Shown piece after piece: positions 12,335-26,054 of a DNA stretch of 64,000 nt. This stretch comes from Octopus bimaculoides (taxonomy: Eukaryota): contig NC_068987.1 in NCBI RefSeq assembly GCF_001194135.2, positions 54,057,822 to 54,121,821 on the forward strand, given 5' to 3'. Below the pieces are notes generated by a model, which was not told the DNA's origin, made no database searches, and saw nothing but the letters and a program-made list of their open reading frames with translations. The position numbers and the translations under genes are program-made. The first letter of the stretch is position 1. The number at the start of each line of letters is the position of its first letter.

Positions 12335-12670
12335 AAGACCCCCTTCGGTCATAAATGACCATGGGATTTTACCTAGAAAGTTACCTTCCGAAGCACAAAT
12401 CCAGGCAAGGTTGTTTCTGGAAGACTAGTAGCACCCATGCATACTGGCCTCCGCTCTCCACGCCACCGATGTTATCCAAAGGAAAGGCAAATGCCGACAC
12501 AGTTTGGCATCAGTGACGTCGCAACTCATTTCTACAGCTGAGTGAACTGGAGCAACATGAAATAAAGTGTCTTGCTCAAGAACACAACACACAGCCCGGT
12601 CCGGGAATCGAGCTCACTACCTCATGATCATGAGCCCAACACTCTAATCACCGAGCCATGCGCCTTCACA
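12335..12670 (-). mobile_element. SINE family C (tRNA-like head plus conserved-looking central domain)
   Basis: Minus strand GGCGCATGGCTCGGTGATTAG...GAGCTCGATTCCC followed by TTCTTGAGCAAGACACTTTATTTCATGTTGCTCCAGTTCACTCAGCTGTAGAAATGAGT; a second copy lies at 38945. Confidence 0.85.
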
Positions 12671-13632
12671 TGACATCAGTAAAACCATAACCGACCCGCC
12701 TATTAACTTCACCTGCTCCTTATCCTAATTCCAGACTGTGAAACAGAAAACCTCAGGAATCAAGAATTTCTCTAGCCTTAGCATACCATTAAAGAAAAGA
12801 CATGTATATATGCATACACATACCATCATATATACGTACATATGCATGTAATATGTATACATACATATACACACGTGTACATATATATTTTATATATACA
12901 CATATATATAGTCATGAATATACACATGCACATATACCAGCATATAACAAAGGTATATCTATGCCCATTTACATATATACATGCACACACACACACACAC
13001 ACACATATATATANNNNNNNNNNNNNNNNNNNNNNNNNNNNNNNNNNNNNNNNNNNNNNNNNNNNNNNNNNNNNNNNNNNNNNNNNNNNNNNNNTATATG
13101 CATATATATAAATATACATGAATATGCATATATATACATGCACAGTCACAAACATTATATTCATACACACTCATGTATATTTGTGTATTCTATACCAGCA
13201 AGGAAGGAGTCTGTCATAACCACCACCACCACTACACACCGCATTGTTTTTCGCTAGTCTTTTACCTTTCCGTTAGCTTTTCCTAGCGCTCGTACGCACG
13301 CACGCACACACACACACCAGTCCGCAACATTCCCGCACCTACAAACTTGTAGCTTCTACGAGTGTGCCAGCGCGTGCCTTTGCTACTGGTTGCCAAGTAG
13401 ATCGTATTTCATTCACCAAATACGTAGTTGATGCCGTCCCACAACTTGTACGCCTGAGCTTCTTGTTCTTTTTACTTATTTGTTCATTTCTTTGATATAT
13501 TCTCCCTACTTAGTTTTATTTATTTATTTGTTTATGCTTCCCTTCTTTTACGGGGATGGTGATGCCTTGTTTTTTACGTGATTCCTTCGTTTTTTTTTTA
13601 CTAATTTATTTATTTATACAGCTGTAGGTAAT

Positions 13633-13680
13633 ATGGCGGCGGATATACGAAGAGCCCAGAAGCAAAATGAAAGAGGAGGA
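13633..13680 (+). CDS. Candidate start exon (exon 13622-13680) encoding MAADIRRAQKQNERGG
   Basis: Long T-rich tract with ctaat branch-like site ending ...tttatacag|; aatATGGCG context; donor GGA|gtaaat. Confidence 0.3.
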
Positions 13681-14229
13681 GTAAATATATACTATACGGA
13701 GGAACAGAGGATAGTGTGTGCGTGTGTGTGTGATGTATGTAGGAGAAAGTGGAATGGGGGGAAGGGGTGTTTGTGTGCATATATATGTGTGAGTTTTTGC
13801 ATGTTTGTGTATCTGTGTGGTAGAAGAGGGTGTGAGTGAAAGGGGTGTGTTATTAAAGTAGAGAGAAATATGGCTGTGTATGGGTACGTATGTGTCAGAG
13901 TGAGAGAGGAAGAAAAGGCGAGAGTAAAAGAGATTTTTTTGTTTCTTCTCTGTCGTCTGGAAGTAATCATTTTGGCGTGTATATGTTAAAAATGGAGAGA
14001 AGATGCGTGAGTCTGAGAGCATATATATGTGTATGAGTGTATATGTGTATCTAGTGTGTGTGTGCGCGCAAGCACCCGCGCGTGTGTGTGTACTCGGCTG
14101 TTTACGTAAATGCACGTACACATTTATTTGGATTTATATAAACACATACACACGCCTATGTCTATGTATGCGTATGTAGCAAGAGAGATAAGGTCTGTCA
14201 AAGGAAAATAGAAAAAGGACAGTGCAAGA

Positions 14230-14660
14230 AATTGAGGCTGTCCATCAGAAGCTCCTGAAAGATTCCTCAATTGACATCAGACATCTGAGAGAGCCAACGG
14301 CTCATATGAATGAGTTCCAGAAGTTTTATCTTATCCTCAAACATTTTTGCTCCTGGTCGGTCACCCTGAACGCTCTTCATCTTGAACCAGCACAGAACTG
14401 ACATTAATTCGTGCATGTCTTTCAAAATCTCGATGGTTGAATGCCCATCAAAACATTTCGAGGTCTAAGACGGACACTCACAAAGTTTCATAAAAGTTTG
14501 ATTCAATTTTTGAACCATCGACAAAAATTGCTGAGGCGTTCGAACACATGATAATCCATACGGAATCACTGTAAACGAATCAATAGCATGAAACCTATTT
14601 GTAGAATGACTAAAGAGCAGTCTGGCTACACATGGTCGTCAGGTGTACATATATTGCAGT
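14230..14660 (-). mobile_element. Degenerate mariner transposase fragment (N-terminal HTH region)
   Basis: Minus frame VQDEERSG*PT matches the mariner DxxRSGRP motif; upstream ...LEMF*WAF and downstream ...ELIH-like remnants; many stops and frameshifts. Confidence 0.65.
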
Positions 14661-16472
14661 TTATCATTATAAACACGAAACTTAAAACCCAAAAATTTTC
14701 TGGTAACATGTCCGTTGTTGTTAAGTCGGTCGTCCGGTTTACAACTGACACTTTCACAATGAATGTACTTTCAACTGATTTTATTCTGTTGCATATATTC
14801 AGGCAAGGTTCCCACTCATTTTTCAACCAGAGAGACGACCTTGTCAGAGGAAGAATGTCGGCGCCTAACACTAAGAGACATGAACACACACCACCATCAT
14901 CACTACACTACAGCCCCAAGTTAGCTCTGATCAAGTGGACATATGACAAGGATATTCGAAAAGCATTCAAGCAGTCTTTCTTTCTTTATTTTTTTCCTTT
15001 TCAAGCACAGTGTATCGAGGATTATATAATCCACTGAATTCTTCCATTTGAGACCAAAAATGAGATTTCGTTGCTGTTGTATTGTTTTTGTTGTTTAACA
15101 CCAAGTCAATCTTGAACTGCCATCAAAGGTGTTGCAACTCTACCGATCTTCTTTTGGTGAGGAAGATTTATGTGTATAAAACATATAGCAAACTTACATA
15201 GCTATTTCACATACATATACTATTCAAATAGATATACAGATGCATAAATATGGGTAGCTAAAGTTATATTTGTGATGTCACTTATAAAATTATATTTACG
15301 ATTTGTGAGAAATTGATTTTTCTACCAACTCGCGTGACCATGCAGAGGCTAACTCATTGATTAGTGATAATCAGACTTGCTGTTGCGGTTGTTGTTGATT
15401 AACCCACGATCAATCCTGATTCAGCAAGCACGCATATTCAAAGATTATACATCTTTTTAAGCCTATCTACATTTATCTAGCGTGTACTTTCCGTGTATTT
15501 TGTATGATAGAGTATGATTTGTGGGATATTCAGCAGTAACTTCTAATAAATTGATTGGTCTCCAGTAAATGCTTCCTTGTTGACTTGAATCTATTAGCGG
15601 TAAAGTAGACTGAGAAAGGAAGTGAAATTTTTCGCAACTAAATACAGAGCAGCTGCCATTAACATGATACGAACTAGTGACCGTTTCGTCTTTATTTTAA
15701 CGGTGTAGTAACCATATTAACTGCAATATATATATAGACACATATACGCACGCATTAGCATGCACAGACACTCAAAACACACATACACACAATGTCGTTT
15801 TAATGAACGACACTTACCGTGTCATACACAGATATACGCAAATAAACAACTGTTTGAGAGATTTGACGATAAAGCAATTGATTATAATAATAATGTAAAG
15901 CAAATGTGGTTACTTATTCAACACACACGTAAAGGTATATAATCAGAAATATCTACGTTTGTGTAGACATGCAGGATATAACATAATATATATATGTGTG
16001 TTTGTGTGTGTCTCTGTGTGTGTGAGAATTTATTATGTTATTTTTCAAAATTAATATGCAATATAAGGTTACACATATCAAAGTAGTTATTAGTATATAG
16101 TAGTTTATACACACACACATATATATAATTTAAATTTCCTTACGTAAATAGATATAGCATATTTATTCATGTCTATGTGTATGTATGAAAGGTGTTTATG
16201 CTTATATATTTACATGTGTGTGTGTGTATGTGTGTACGTGTCAGTGCATTTGTGTGCAGAAGAAAGACAGAGAGAATGAAAAATTTGTGTGTGTGTATTT
16301 ATGTATGTGTCATTTAGGAAGTAACTTCAAGAGAATGACCAGTGGAAATAATTCATGTTTATGTTAATTCATCACATTTTTTTCGTACAGATATTCGTAC
16401 TTATTAACATAATTACTGCAGTCCCCAACCTCAACCATTCCTTTCCTCTCTCTCACTTCTCTCTTCCTGCCA

Positions 16473-16562
<90 letters not shown>

Positions 16563-17067
16563 CACTTCCTATGCTGTTTTATGCATACTTAATTAAGATA
16601 GCAGCTGCAGTGATGTCTCATAGAATCTTTTCATTTATAGATGCCATATACAATTTTTCATATATATGTGTATATATGAGTGTGTGTTCATGTGTGTATG
16701 TGTGCATTTTTTATTTTGGTTTACGAGGAATGTATAAAACATATTGTAGACTTACATGGCTATGCCAAATATATATACTATTCAAATAGATATACAGATG
16801 CATAAATGTGTGTATCTACGGTTATATTTATGATGTTCTTGTTGCCAACCCTGCTAATTTCCATACTTCGAAACATGTCAGATTTACATACTATGTACGT
16901 TGCCAGCTATATGATATATGGGTGTTGGGGAAAGGGGTTATTTGTTTATTTCAACTGAAGGAATTTCAGAAATTATAAATTTATAAAGTCATACACAGAC
17001 AAATATATACCTATGCTCATATATACATAGGTAGGTAGACACACACATCGATATGCATACATACAAA

Positions 17068-17104
<37 letters not shown>

Positions 17105-17274
17105 GTACACATATACATACACAAATACAAGTGTATACATTTATACACGCATACATACATACATAAAAAGTCTGATGATCGATGTGACGTGAAACCCGAT
17201 TCAATTTAAATTAACCATATACCTTATAACATATGCTGAGTTCTCTTTTTTAATAGTCAACGTTTGAATACAAT

Positions 17275-17660
17275 TGGCTATGTGGTAAGTAGCTTCCTTA
17301 CCAACCACATGGTTCTGGGTTCAGTCCCACTGCGTAGCACCTTGGACAAATGTCTTTTACTATAGCCTCGGGCTGACCAAAGCCTTGTGAGTGGATTTGG
17401 TAGACGGAAACTGAAAGAAGCCCGTCGTGTGTAAGTACATATGTGTGTGTTTGTGTCTGTGTTTGACACCTACCACCATCGCCATCGTTTGACAACCGAT
17501 GTTGGTGCGTTTACGTCCCCGTAACTAAACGGCAAAAGAGACCGGTAGAATAAGTACTAGGCTTATAAAGAATAAGTCCTGGGGTCGATTTGTTCGACTA
17601 AAGGCGGTGTTCCACCATGGCCACAGTCAAATGACTCAAGCAAATAAAAGAATAAAAGAA
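17275..17660 (+). mobile_element. SINE family A, near full length, tRNA-like head
   Basis: Box A-like TGGCTATGTGGTAAG, box B-like GGTTCAGTCCC, A-rich tail. Confidence 0.9.
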
Positions 17661-17951
17661 TATATATATACACACATACATATATATTTCTGGATTATAT
17701 CACTCGAAGTACTTTGTGTGAGAAACGAAAGTGCTCATAACTATGCTAAAACTAAAAACAGCTGTGCACCTTTATTCAATGCACCAATTCTCTTCATCTA
17801 TCGTTCAAACATACACACACTAACACATAAATGTAAACACACCTAAGTATACATTATCCTCAAAGACACATATATATTCATATATACATTCATACATGTT
17901 ATGCTTATACATTATATCTGAATATTATATATTATATTGGTACACACACGT

Positions 17952-17997
<46 letters not shown>

Positions 17998-18227
17998 ATA
18001 CATACATACATACATACATACATACATACAGAGAAAAACATAAATGTGTGTCTTTTTTCTCTGTCTGTATATATGTGTGCGTGTGTGTGTGTAAACATTA
18101 TAATTAGTAAACATGTTTGTTCTTGCACAGCCAATTCTGAATACAAAGTTACTCAGTTATTGAAGCTTAGCAGTCTATTTCATTATTTACTTGTTCTCTA
18201 TTACTGGTATTGCATGAAACTGGTATG

Positions 18228-18277
<50 letters not shown>

Positions 18278-18602
18278 GCGTAGATATTCTATAGAATGTC
18301 AGGCTTATTTTATTTTATTTTATTTTATTGTATTTCATAGTTTTAAGTGTAATATCACGGACAGTAGGGTTTGGACAGTTTATTAACGACCTGAAATCTG
18401 TGAAATCTAAACGTATATTTGAAATAAGCAATATAACAGACAACAGAGGTGAGAAAATGTTATTAACGATGCAATACTGAAACCTAAATTCAATAGATAT
18501 ATTCTAATGAAATTTTTTTGTCCTCTCTTTATTGCATCAAACTGAACTCGAACGACATTTTAATTTTCCTACTTTTTTGTTTGTTTTTAATCGTTTATTC
18601 AG

Positions 18603-18650
18603 GATGGAAGGGCAGTGCCCGAGGAAGTTATTCTCAAACCGGTGGCCTAA
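18603..18650 (+). CDS. Candidate terminal exon (phase 0: DGRAVPEEVILKPVA*)
   Basis: Strong acceptor ttttttgtttgtttttaatcgtttattcag|; GC-richer sequence; all three frames close within about 80 nt. Confidence 0.25.
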   Translation, partial: DGRAVPEEVILKPVA

Positions 18651-19092
18651 TCTAAATGCTCGCAACGAAGTGGCTGTTTAATGGTATTCAAAGTCCCAGT
18701 TAGTGGTGTTATAACGGGCGATGGATTAAATCTGCTGTCCAGGAATTGCACTGCACATTATTTTTATCACAAAACATATCTTTAAGTACATCTGGTTCTT
18801 TTGACGGTCACAGCAATTACAAAGGAGATAATCATTTCGTTAAAACTCGTAGCAGATGTTTGTTAAAATCATGGAAAAGATGTATAGATTTCGTTTTTCG
18901 TTTTTCGCTTTTCTTATTCATTTATTTATTTAGTTAGTTAATACGAAGATCTTAAAATTTCTAGTGGCTCATATTTCGTCTTACACAAGCACTTAACAAC
19001 TTCCAGTTTCTGCAGGTTATGTTGTAAATGATCGATTGCTATTTGTTTATTCAATGGCTTTCTTTCAAAGCCAATAGAGGTTTCTTGCTCAC

Positions 19093-19260
19093 AAATCTAC
19101 GATCATGTATAAAACTATTTTAACACTTCTAGTGTCATGCCCAGCCGATAAAAATCGCCATGAACAGCCATGGTGGCGGCCGAGAATCTCAACGTTAGTT
19201 GTCGCGCTCACGAATAGTAATTTGAACAGTTGCACGAAGCTCGGAAAGTTATTGCCAAAT
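19093..19260 (-). promoter_or_regulatory. CpG-rich patch; candidate alternative first exon with a perfect-Kozak short ORF (19115-19171, MAVHGDFYRLGMTLEVLK*)
   Basis: Local cluster of CpGs in AT-rich DNA; minus strand GGCCGCCACCATGGCT; donor GATTT|gtgagc at 19092. Confidence 0.35.
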
Positions 19261-19680
19261 ACTTGTTTTGCTTTTAATTTATATTGTTTGTAGTTGAAGA
19301 TTACGTTTGGCATCTTTGCTCGTTGATGAGAACATGCATGGTGTTTCAAACTATGCCTAGAACAAACTCGTTGATCAACAGAACATTTAGGATATATTTA
19401 GAGATGATTTCATTTTATATCATTCATGGAAGTTTTGCACATTATTTAGAGCACCCAGATATTCAATGAACATATAGCTTTTCTATAAGTATTTAGATAA
19501 AATTAACATTAGCTTAATTTCAAACAATGGCTATTGCGAATGCATTTCTATATGTTGAAATTTAATGTTTTTAAACGGTTGGTGTTTCTTTTTATTTGTT
19601 TCTTAAGTGAAGAAACTAAAGCATATTAAGTTATCTTAATATTTATAGATCTCAGTAGTAAGCGTACGTGTTATACACAC

Positions 19681-19718
<38 letters not shown>

Positions 19719-20287
19719 GCGTGTGCGTGTGCGTGTGCGTGTGTGTGTGTGTTGAGGTTTTCAAAGGCAGCTCTGCTCAGGCTGAGCAGAGCTCAAAAAT
19801 GTAACGGCTAAGCTTATGTCTGATAATATATGTAGATTTACTATTTTATCCAATGTATCCTTTTAAAGACGTCAGTGCATAATTTAAGAGAGATTTTGCT
19901 GCTAATTCGCGCAGGTCAAGCAGCAACGTTACAGGCTCCCTTGTTACCTTGTCCTTATCTTCTTTAATAATTCCAACATTTTATAGAATATATAATAAGA
20001 ATATAAGCCATTCCCAACATTTCAATGACACTTTATTTCATCGACTGCAGAACGATGAGAAACTGAGACAACCGCAATGAAATTTGATTTGCTTTCATGT
20101 GAGGAGAGAGAAAGACAGACAAACAGATAGAAAGAAAGGGAGGCTGTATAACACTTTCCAGGTGGCTAAGACCTAATTTAATCTAAGTTTAATTATTTCA
20201 TCAAGTCTACATTTCAAATAACGATTCATGGTAGCTTAACTCACCAATAATTCTATTGTATTTCTGTCAGTTTCTCTCTCTCTCACT

Positions 20288-20323
<36 letters not shown>

Positions 20324-20329
20324 TACACA

Positions 20330-20366
<37 letters not shown>

Positions 20367-20451
20367 ATCCTTTCTGTTCTTTTCAAATCACCACTGAATT
20401 AGATGAAGTTGTTTTGGAAAAAGATAAACGAGACTAATTCTATTTATTTAA

Positions 20452-20640
20452 GTTGGCAGAAGCATTACAGCGTCGGGAAAAAATGCTTAGCAGCATTTCT
20501 TCCGGCTCTTTACGTTCTGACTTCAAACACCGCTAATGTCAAGTTTACATTTCATCCTCTCGAGGCAATTAAATAAACTACCAGTCAAGTACTGATGTCA
20601 GTATAATCGTCTTACCCTTCCCACTTAAATTGCTTGCCTT
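20452..20640 (+). mobile_element. SINE family B copy, diverged
   Basis: aatgcttagcagcatttc...ttctgacttcaaacaccgc...tttcatcc motifs. Confidence 0.75.
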
Positions 20641-21041
20641 ACTCTTTTAATTGTTTCAGTCATTTGACTGCGGCCATGCTGGAGCACCGCCTTTAGTCGA
20701 GTAAATCGACCCCAGGACTTATTCTTTGGAAGCCTAGTACTTATTCTATTGGTCTCTTTTGCCGAACCGCTAAGTTACGGGGACATAAACACACCAGCAT
20801 CGGTTGTCAAACGATGTTGGGGGACAAACACAGACACACAAACACACACACATATATATATACATATACATATATATACGACGGGCTTCTTTCAGTTTCC
20901 GTCTACCAAATCCACTTACAAGGCTTTGGTCGGCCCGAGGCTATAGTAGAAGACACTTGCCCAAGGTGCTACGCAGTGGGAATGAACCCGGAACCATGTG
21001 GTTGGTAAGCAAACTACTTACCACACAGCCACTCCTGCGCC
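20641..21041 (-). mobile_element. SINE family A, full length
   Basis: Reverse complement of the 17275 copy, with internal (CA)n/(TA)n. Confidence 0.9.
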
Positions 21042-21118
21042 TGTATCAAAATTTGAAGCATTTATTATAGCTGCTATGTATTTCAATTTGTATTTTATTT
21101 AATATCTACTTCTTTAAT

Positions 21119-21320
21119 AGGTCGGCAATCTGGCAGAATCGTTAGCACGCCGCGTAAAATGGTTTACGGCATTTTGTCTGTCTTTATGTTATGAATTCAC
21201 TTTTCACCGAGGTGGATTCTGCTATTTCATCCTTTCGGAGTCGATAAAATAAGTAACAGTTAAACCAGTCGATGTAATCTCACGAAATTACTGGCCTTGT
21301 ACCAAAATCTGAAATCAATA
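21119..21320 (+). mobile_element. SINE family B copy
   Basis: tggcagaatcgttagcacgccg...tttcatcctttcggagtcgataaa. Confidence 0.85.
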
Positions 21321-21939
21321 TTTATTTCTTTAATACACAACGTTCTTATCAGTATATTTCAATAGGCGTTGGGTGGCAGAATTGATTACTAAGCCATCAC
21401 AAAGAAAAAAAAAGGACCACTGTTCTTGCCGTTCACAACAGTTTCAAATCCTATCAAAACAATCTTTGTTTTACATAAAACACCATGCACGTCTATAGAG
21501 ATATTAATATTTCTAAGTCTCTCTAAAGGAGACTACGGCAGCGGTACTGGATATTAATAATTATCGTCAAGCCAACATGGCAGTCCCAAATATAGGACGA
21601 ATGCTGCCGTGGATTAGCTCCAAGAGGCCATCGCCTCTAGCTAGCTACCATACACGTCAAATGCAGGAAAACGTGTTACTATTCTTACAGTAGAGTATGG
21701 GTGAAAATATAACAGAGGACAGAAGTAATTTTTCTCCTAAACAAGATTCGAGCTTTGCTGTGTTTCAAAATTGGCAAATACTCTTAAAACATTAACCAAT
21801 TAAAAGATTATTAATCATTCAGATTGTTTTGTTTTTTGTGGTGAGGTGCATTTTTTTACACATTGGTTTATTCCTTTTCACTGTTCATACTATCAACCAA
21901 ATCCTTCGATATGTATATTTGCTTCCATCTTGTTAGTAG

Positions 21940-22004
<65 letters not shown>

Positions 22005-22495
22005 ACTCACACACACACACACACACACACACCTTCCTCTTTCAATCACATTTTTTTCCTCTCCCTTTCCCTCGCCCACTCTCTTTCACGAACCTTTTTT
22101 GTTGTTTTTTTGTTTCTTTGTTTTTCTTTTTTCTTTTTTCGTTTTTTTCAAGTTTTGTCTTGTGTCAAGATGAAATATAGCGGAAGTGAAGCGGTGTGGG
22201 CTGATGTGTTGGTCGGTGTGGCGGAAGGGTATGTTTAGTAGGTAGGGTTGAGGAAGGAGAAGTGAGATAATAAAAAAAAGAGAGATAAAACAAGATAAAG
22301 TTTAGTTACGTAAAGGATGGTCTGTATGCCTGATTGTCTAACTGGCTGGCTGGCCTGCTGGAGAATCAGACAGATGGAATAATACACGGATATATAAGGA
22401 GACAAAATTCATAAATAACATATTGCAAACACACACACGCTCACTAACTCACCAATACATACACACACACACACGCTCACAAATACAAGGAAGCA

Positions 22496-22559
<64 letters not shown>

Positions 22560-22790
22560 GATGCCTGTATGTATGTTTGTATGTATGTATGTATGTATGT
22601 ATGTATGTATCTAGAGAGAGAAAGAGAGACATCGAACTTTATTCATGATAACACCTACAATGTATTATGTGCGAGTATGTGGTTATGTGGGTGTTTGCAT
22701 GGATCTTAGTATGGATATGTGCATATGTGGGAGTATATATGAGTGTATGCATATATGTGAGTGCGCGTGCGTATCCGAATGTGTGTGTGT

Positions 22791-22839
<49 letters not shown>

Positions 22840-23255
22840 TTTAGCCATTGTATTTCTGTTTTCTATTGTTTTGTTATGTATGAGTAAACATGACTTCATC
22901 ATTCTGTCTGCAATAATTATATTTTCCTGCTCAAAAACAAAAAAAAATAATAAATAAATATTGCGGATTAGCAACATTCAAAGTTTTGTCTGTATGCGTA
23001 CTTATAAATATATGTGCGAGCATGTGAGCAACTATGTATATGTTTATCTATCCATCTATAGATGGAGTGATATGCATACATGAGTGTATGTGAGTGTGTG
23101 TGTGCATGTGCGTGTGTGTATGTGTGTGTGTGTGTGTGTGCATGTACGTATGTATATCTATATCTATCAATCTATAGATAGATAGATAGATAGATAGATA
23201 TGTATATATGTGTGTGCGTGAGTGTGTGTGTATATATATGCATGTACATCTATAG

Positions 23256-23359
<104 letters not shown>

Positions 23360-23909
23360 CTGGTTTCAAGCTTCTTTTTTCCTTATATATATATCACTAT
23401 TTCCTACAGATATTTCATACGTTCTTAATTAAGTGTCGGTCTGTCTACTTTAATGTGCGCGCACGTGCGTGGGGGGTGGGGAGACAGAAAGAGAGACAGA
23501 CAGACTGATAGACAGAAAGATAAACAGACGGAGACAATGAGAGACAAAAAAAGAGTTTACTTGCAAATGTATAAATAACCAAATCTATGTGTGTAGATAC
23601 ACAGATGAACTATTTCTGTTTCTGTATCTTCCCACAAATGATTGTGGTTGTTATAGTCATTACAGAACTGGCAATGTGTGATGAGTTGGCAGAGATAGTA
23701 GAGAATCATGTCAATTGCTTTGCAATATTTCATTGCTTTCCTTTTCGTTTTGAGTTCAAAACCAGTCGCCTTTCCTTTTCATTCTTCTTAGATCGGGTTC
23801 CTGTGACAAGCTATGAACTGTGAACGGTTTTTCTTTGCATTTCGGCAATCTTCCAGTTTGTTAACTATGCCTGTACTGTGATAATTTAACTTGTCGTTTA
23901 CTCGTAATA

Positions 23910-24120
23910 TGGCGGCGAGCTGTCAGAATCGTTAGCATGACGGACAAAATGCTTTTTTCCGGCTCTTTACGTTTCGGATTCAAATGCCGATGAGGTCGAC
24001 TTTACCTAGCATCCTTTCGGGATCGATAAAGTTATTATCGATTCGACACTAAGGATCGATGTAACCGACTAGCCAACTCCTCAAATTTTCAGGCCTTGAG
24101 CCTTATGTAGAAAGGAATAT
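23910..24120 (+). mobile_element. SINE family B copy
   Basis: ggcggcgagctgtcagaatcgttagc...ggattcaaatgccgatgaggtcgac. Confidence 0.85.
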
Positions 24121-24379
24121 TTACTCGTGATATTTGCACTATTTTTATGAGGTTCAGGGCTGGTTATTTGAATTAGTCTTTTCTATATTGTTGGTTATAA
24201 TATATTAATGCTCTCTGCACTCTCATATAACTGTGGTTGTGCCAGATAGATTTGAAACATTTTCCACCCAATTTATGAATAACAAATTGAATAAAAGATG
24301 TTAGTCTATGAATTTCGACATAACTGTGTCGGCTGTTAAATAAAGAAATAATAAATGTGTCTGCTGTTACAATTAAAAG

Positions 24380-24985
24380 TTACCTCCACAAACAATTACC
24401 ACTATTTCATATCACTACAATCAAAATTACGGCCACTATTTGATCCCTCCATATCTCATAACTCAGGTATTAAAATTATTCTCTTACCTCGACTACTGCT
24501 GTTATCTTTATATCAAATACCTCCACGTTACAATTACCTCCATATCGCATATTTTTATTACATTTACCACATGTACCTACATATCACACGCCTCCACTAT
24601 CCCAGGTACTTTCATACCCCACGCCTCCCTAATTACAGGTACCTTCATGCCACATACCTCTACTACACATTCACCACTATCTCACACCTCCGTTATAATT
24701 ACTACCTCTAATACGTACCTCCTCCACCATAATTACCTCCATATTTCATATGGTACCACTAACTCGTATCCCAACTACCAGTTAGCTCCGTGTCACATAC
24801 CCCTCCTATCACAATTATCACCGATATAACGCACCTGGATTATTTATCTCAGTTACTTCCGTATTATATCACCCAACTAGCACAGTTACCACTGCTATCA
24901 CAGTCACCTCCAAACTCCATAAATATCAGAATTACCCTTAACGTATCATAATCACGTCCTCTATTACAGTTACCTCTATTTCATT
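24380..24985. repeat. Degenerate C-rich, G-poor tandem repeat (ttacctcca / atcaca motifs)
   Basis: tacctcc, cacctcc, ccactat and atcacag variants recur many times with strong strand skew. Confidence 0.7.
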
Positions 24986-26054
24986 AGCCAAGAATGGATG
25001 TATCTATATTTTATTGTAGGGTGAATGTTGTATCTCAGCTTTATTATTATAATATTAGTTTCTTTGTCAAAGCTCTTTCATCACACATTTCGTGGTCTCT
25101 TCAGCGATTCTTTATCCTGCGTGTTTCCTCTTGTTCTGCTTCTTCCACTTTGTCTCAGAACAAGAGGAGACACGTGGGATGTGTGAGGAGAGAGTTGTGC
25201 CATTTGTGTCTTTCTCATGGGGAGCTTAGTTCTTGATCTGCTATACATTAACTTACAATAAAATAGAGTAACTTATAATAGGTCCTCGAACTCCTAGAAA
25301 TAGTAACTAAATTTCCCTCAAATTACTTTCTCCCAACTAAAACGTGTAAAAAGAAAGGACATATTGTGTAAAGTAGTCTTAGATAAAATGTAATTGCAGC
25401 AACAACAAAAAAAGGAGATAGTCACGGTTGAAATGATTCTGATCAAAGTTGTATTTGATACTGAATGACACGGAGAGAAAGAAAAATGTATATTGAACAT
25501 GAATTCTGTGTTTTATAGAGAACACAAAACAAATTGTAAACGCAGTCACCATTTCAGTTTAGTTAACTTCGCTTTGTATTTAGCGTCCTTTGCTGTTTGT
25601 TTGTTTGTTAACCAGTCTGGTCACAATATAACATGTGTTTTAACAATATTATTATATTTTTTCCCTCTCTCTCTTTCTCTTGTTTAGATTAAAGACAATC
25701 ATTAATTTGTCTTCCGCTATTCTTGATGTTTCTTTGAAAACTTTCCTCAGTTGCATTACACACCTGTTAGCGACTTTAGTTTAGAAACAAATCTTTGAAG
25801 AATAATTAGACTTTCTGCTTTTGCTTCTGCCGCCCAATATCAAAAACAAAAATCTATAAACAAGGAATAAATTCTGACTTTTTTTTTTAAGCGAATTGTC
25901 TGTAATGATAACGAATCAAAGACACATTTTTCTCTGTAATTGAGAGTTGCGTGTTTCCTGTCATGAAAAGACTCAATCAACAGAAGCCAATTTAGCTGTC
26001 ACTTGATGGCCACTTGATGGCTTTAAACACTACCGAATAAACTAAAAGCAAAAC

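Noticed and set aside
22153-22228. Plus-strand exon-like segment (MKYSGSEAVWADVLVGVAEG) with good splice sites
   Set aside because: Isolated in low-complexity flanks with no partner exon I could support; not excluded, but insufficient to call.
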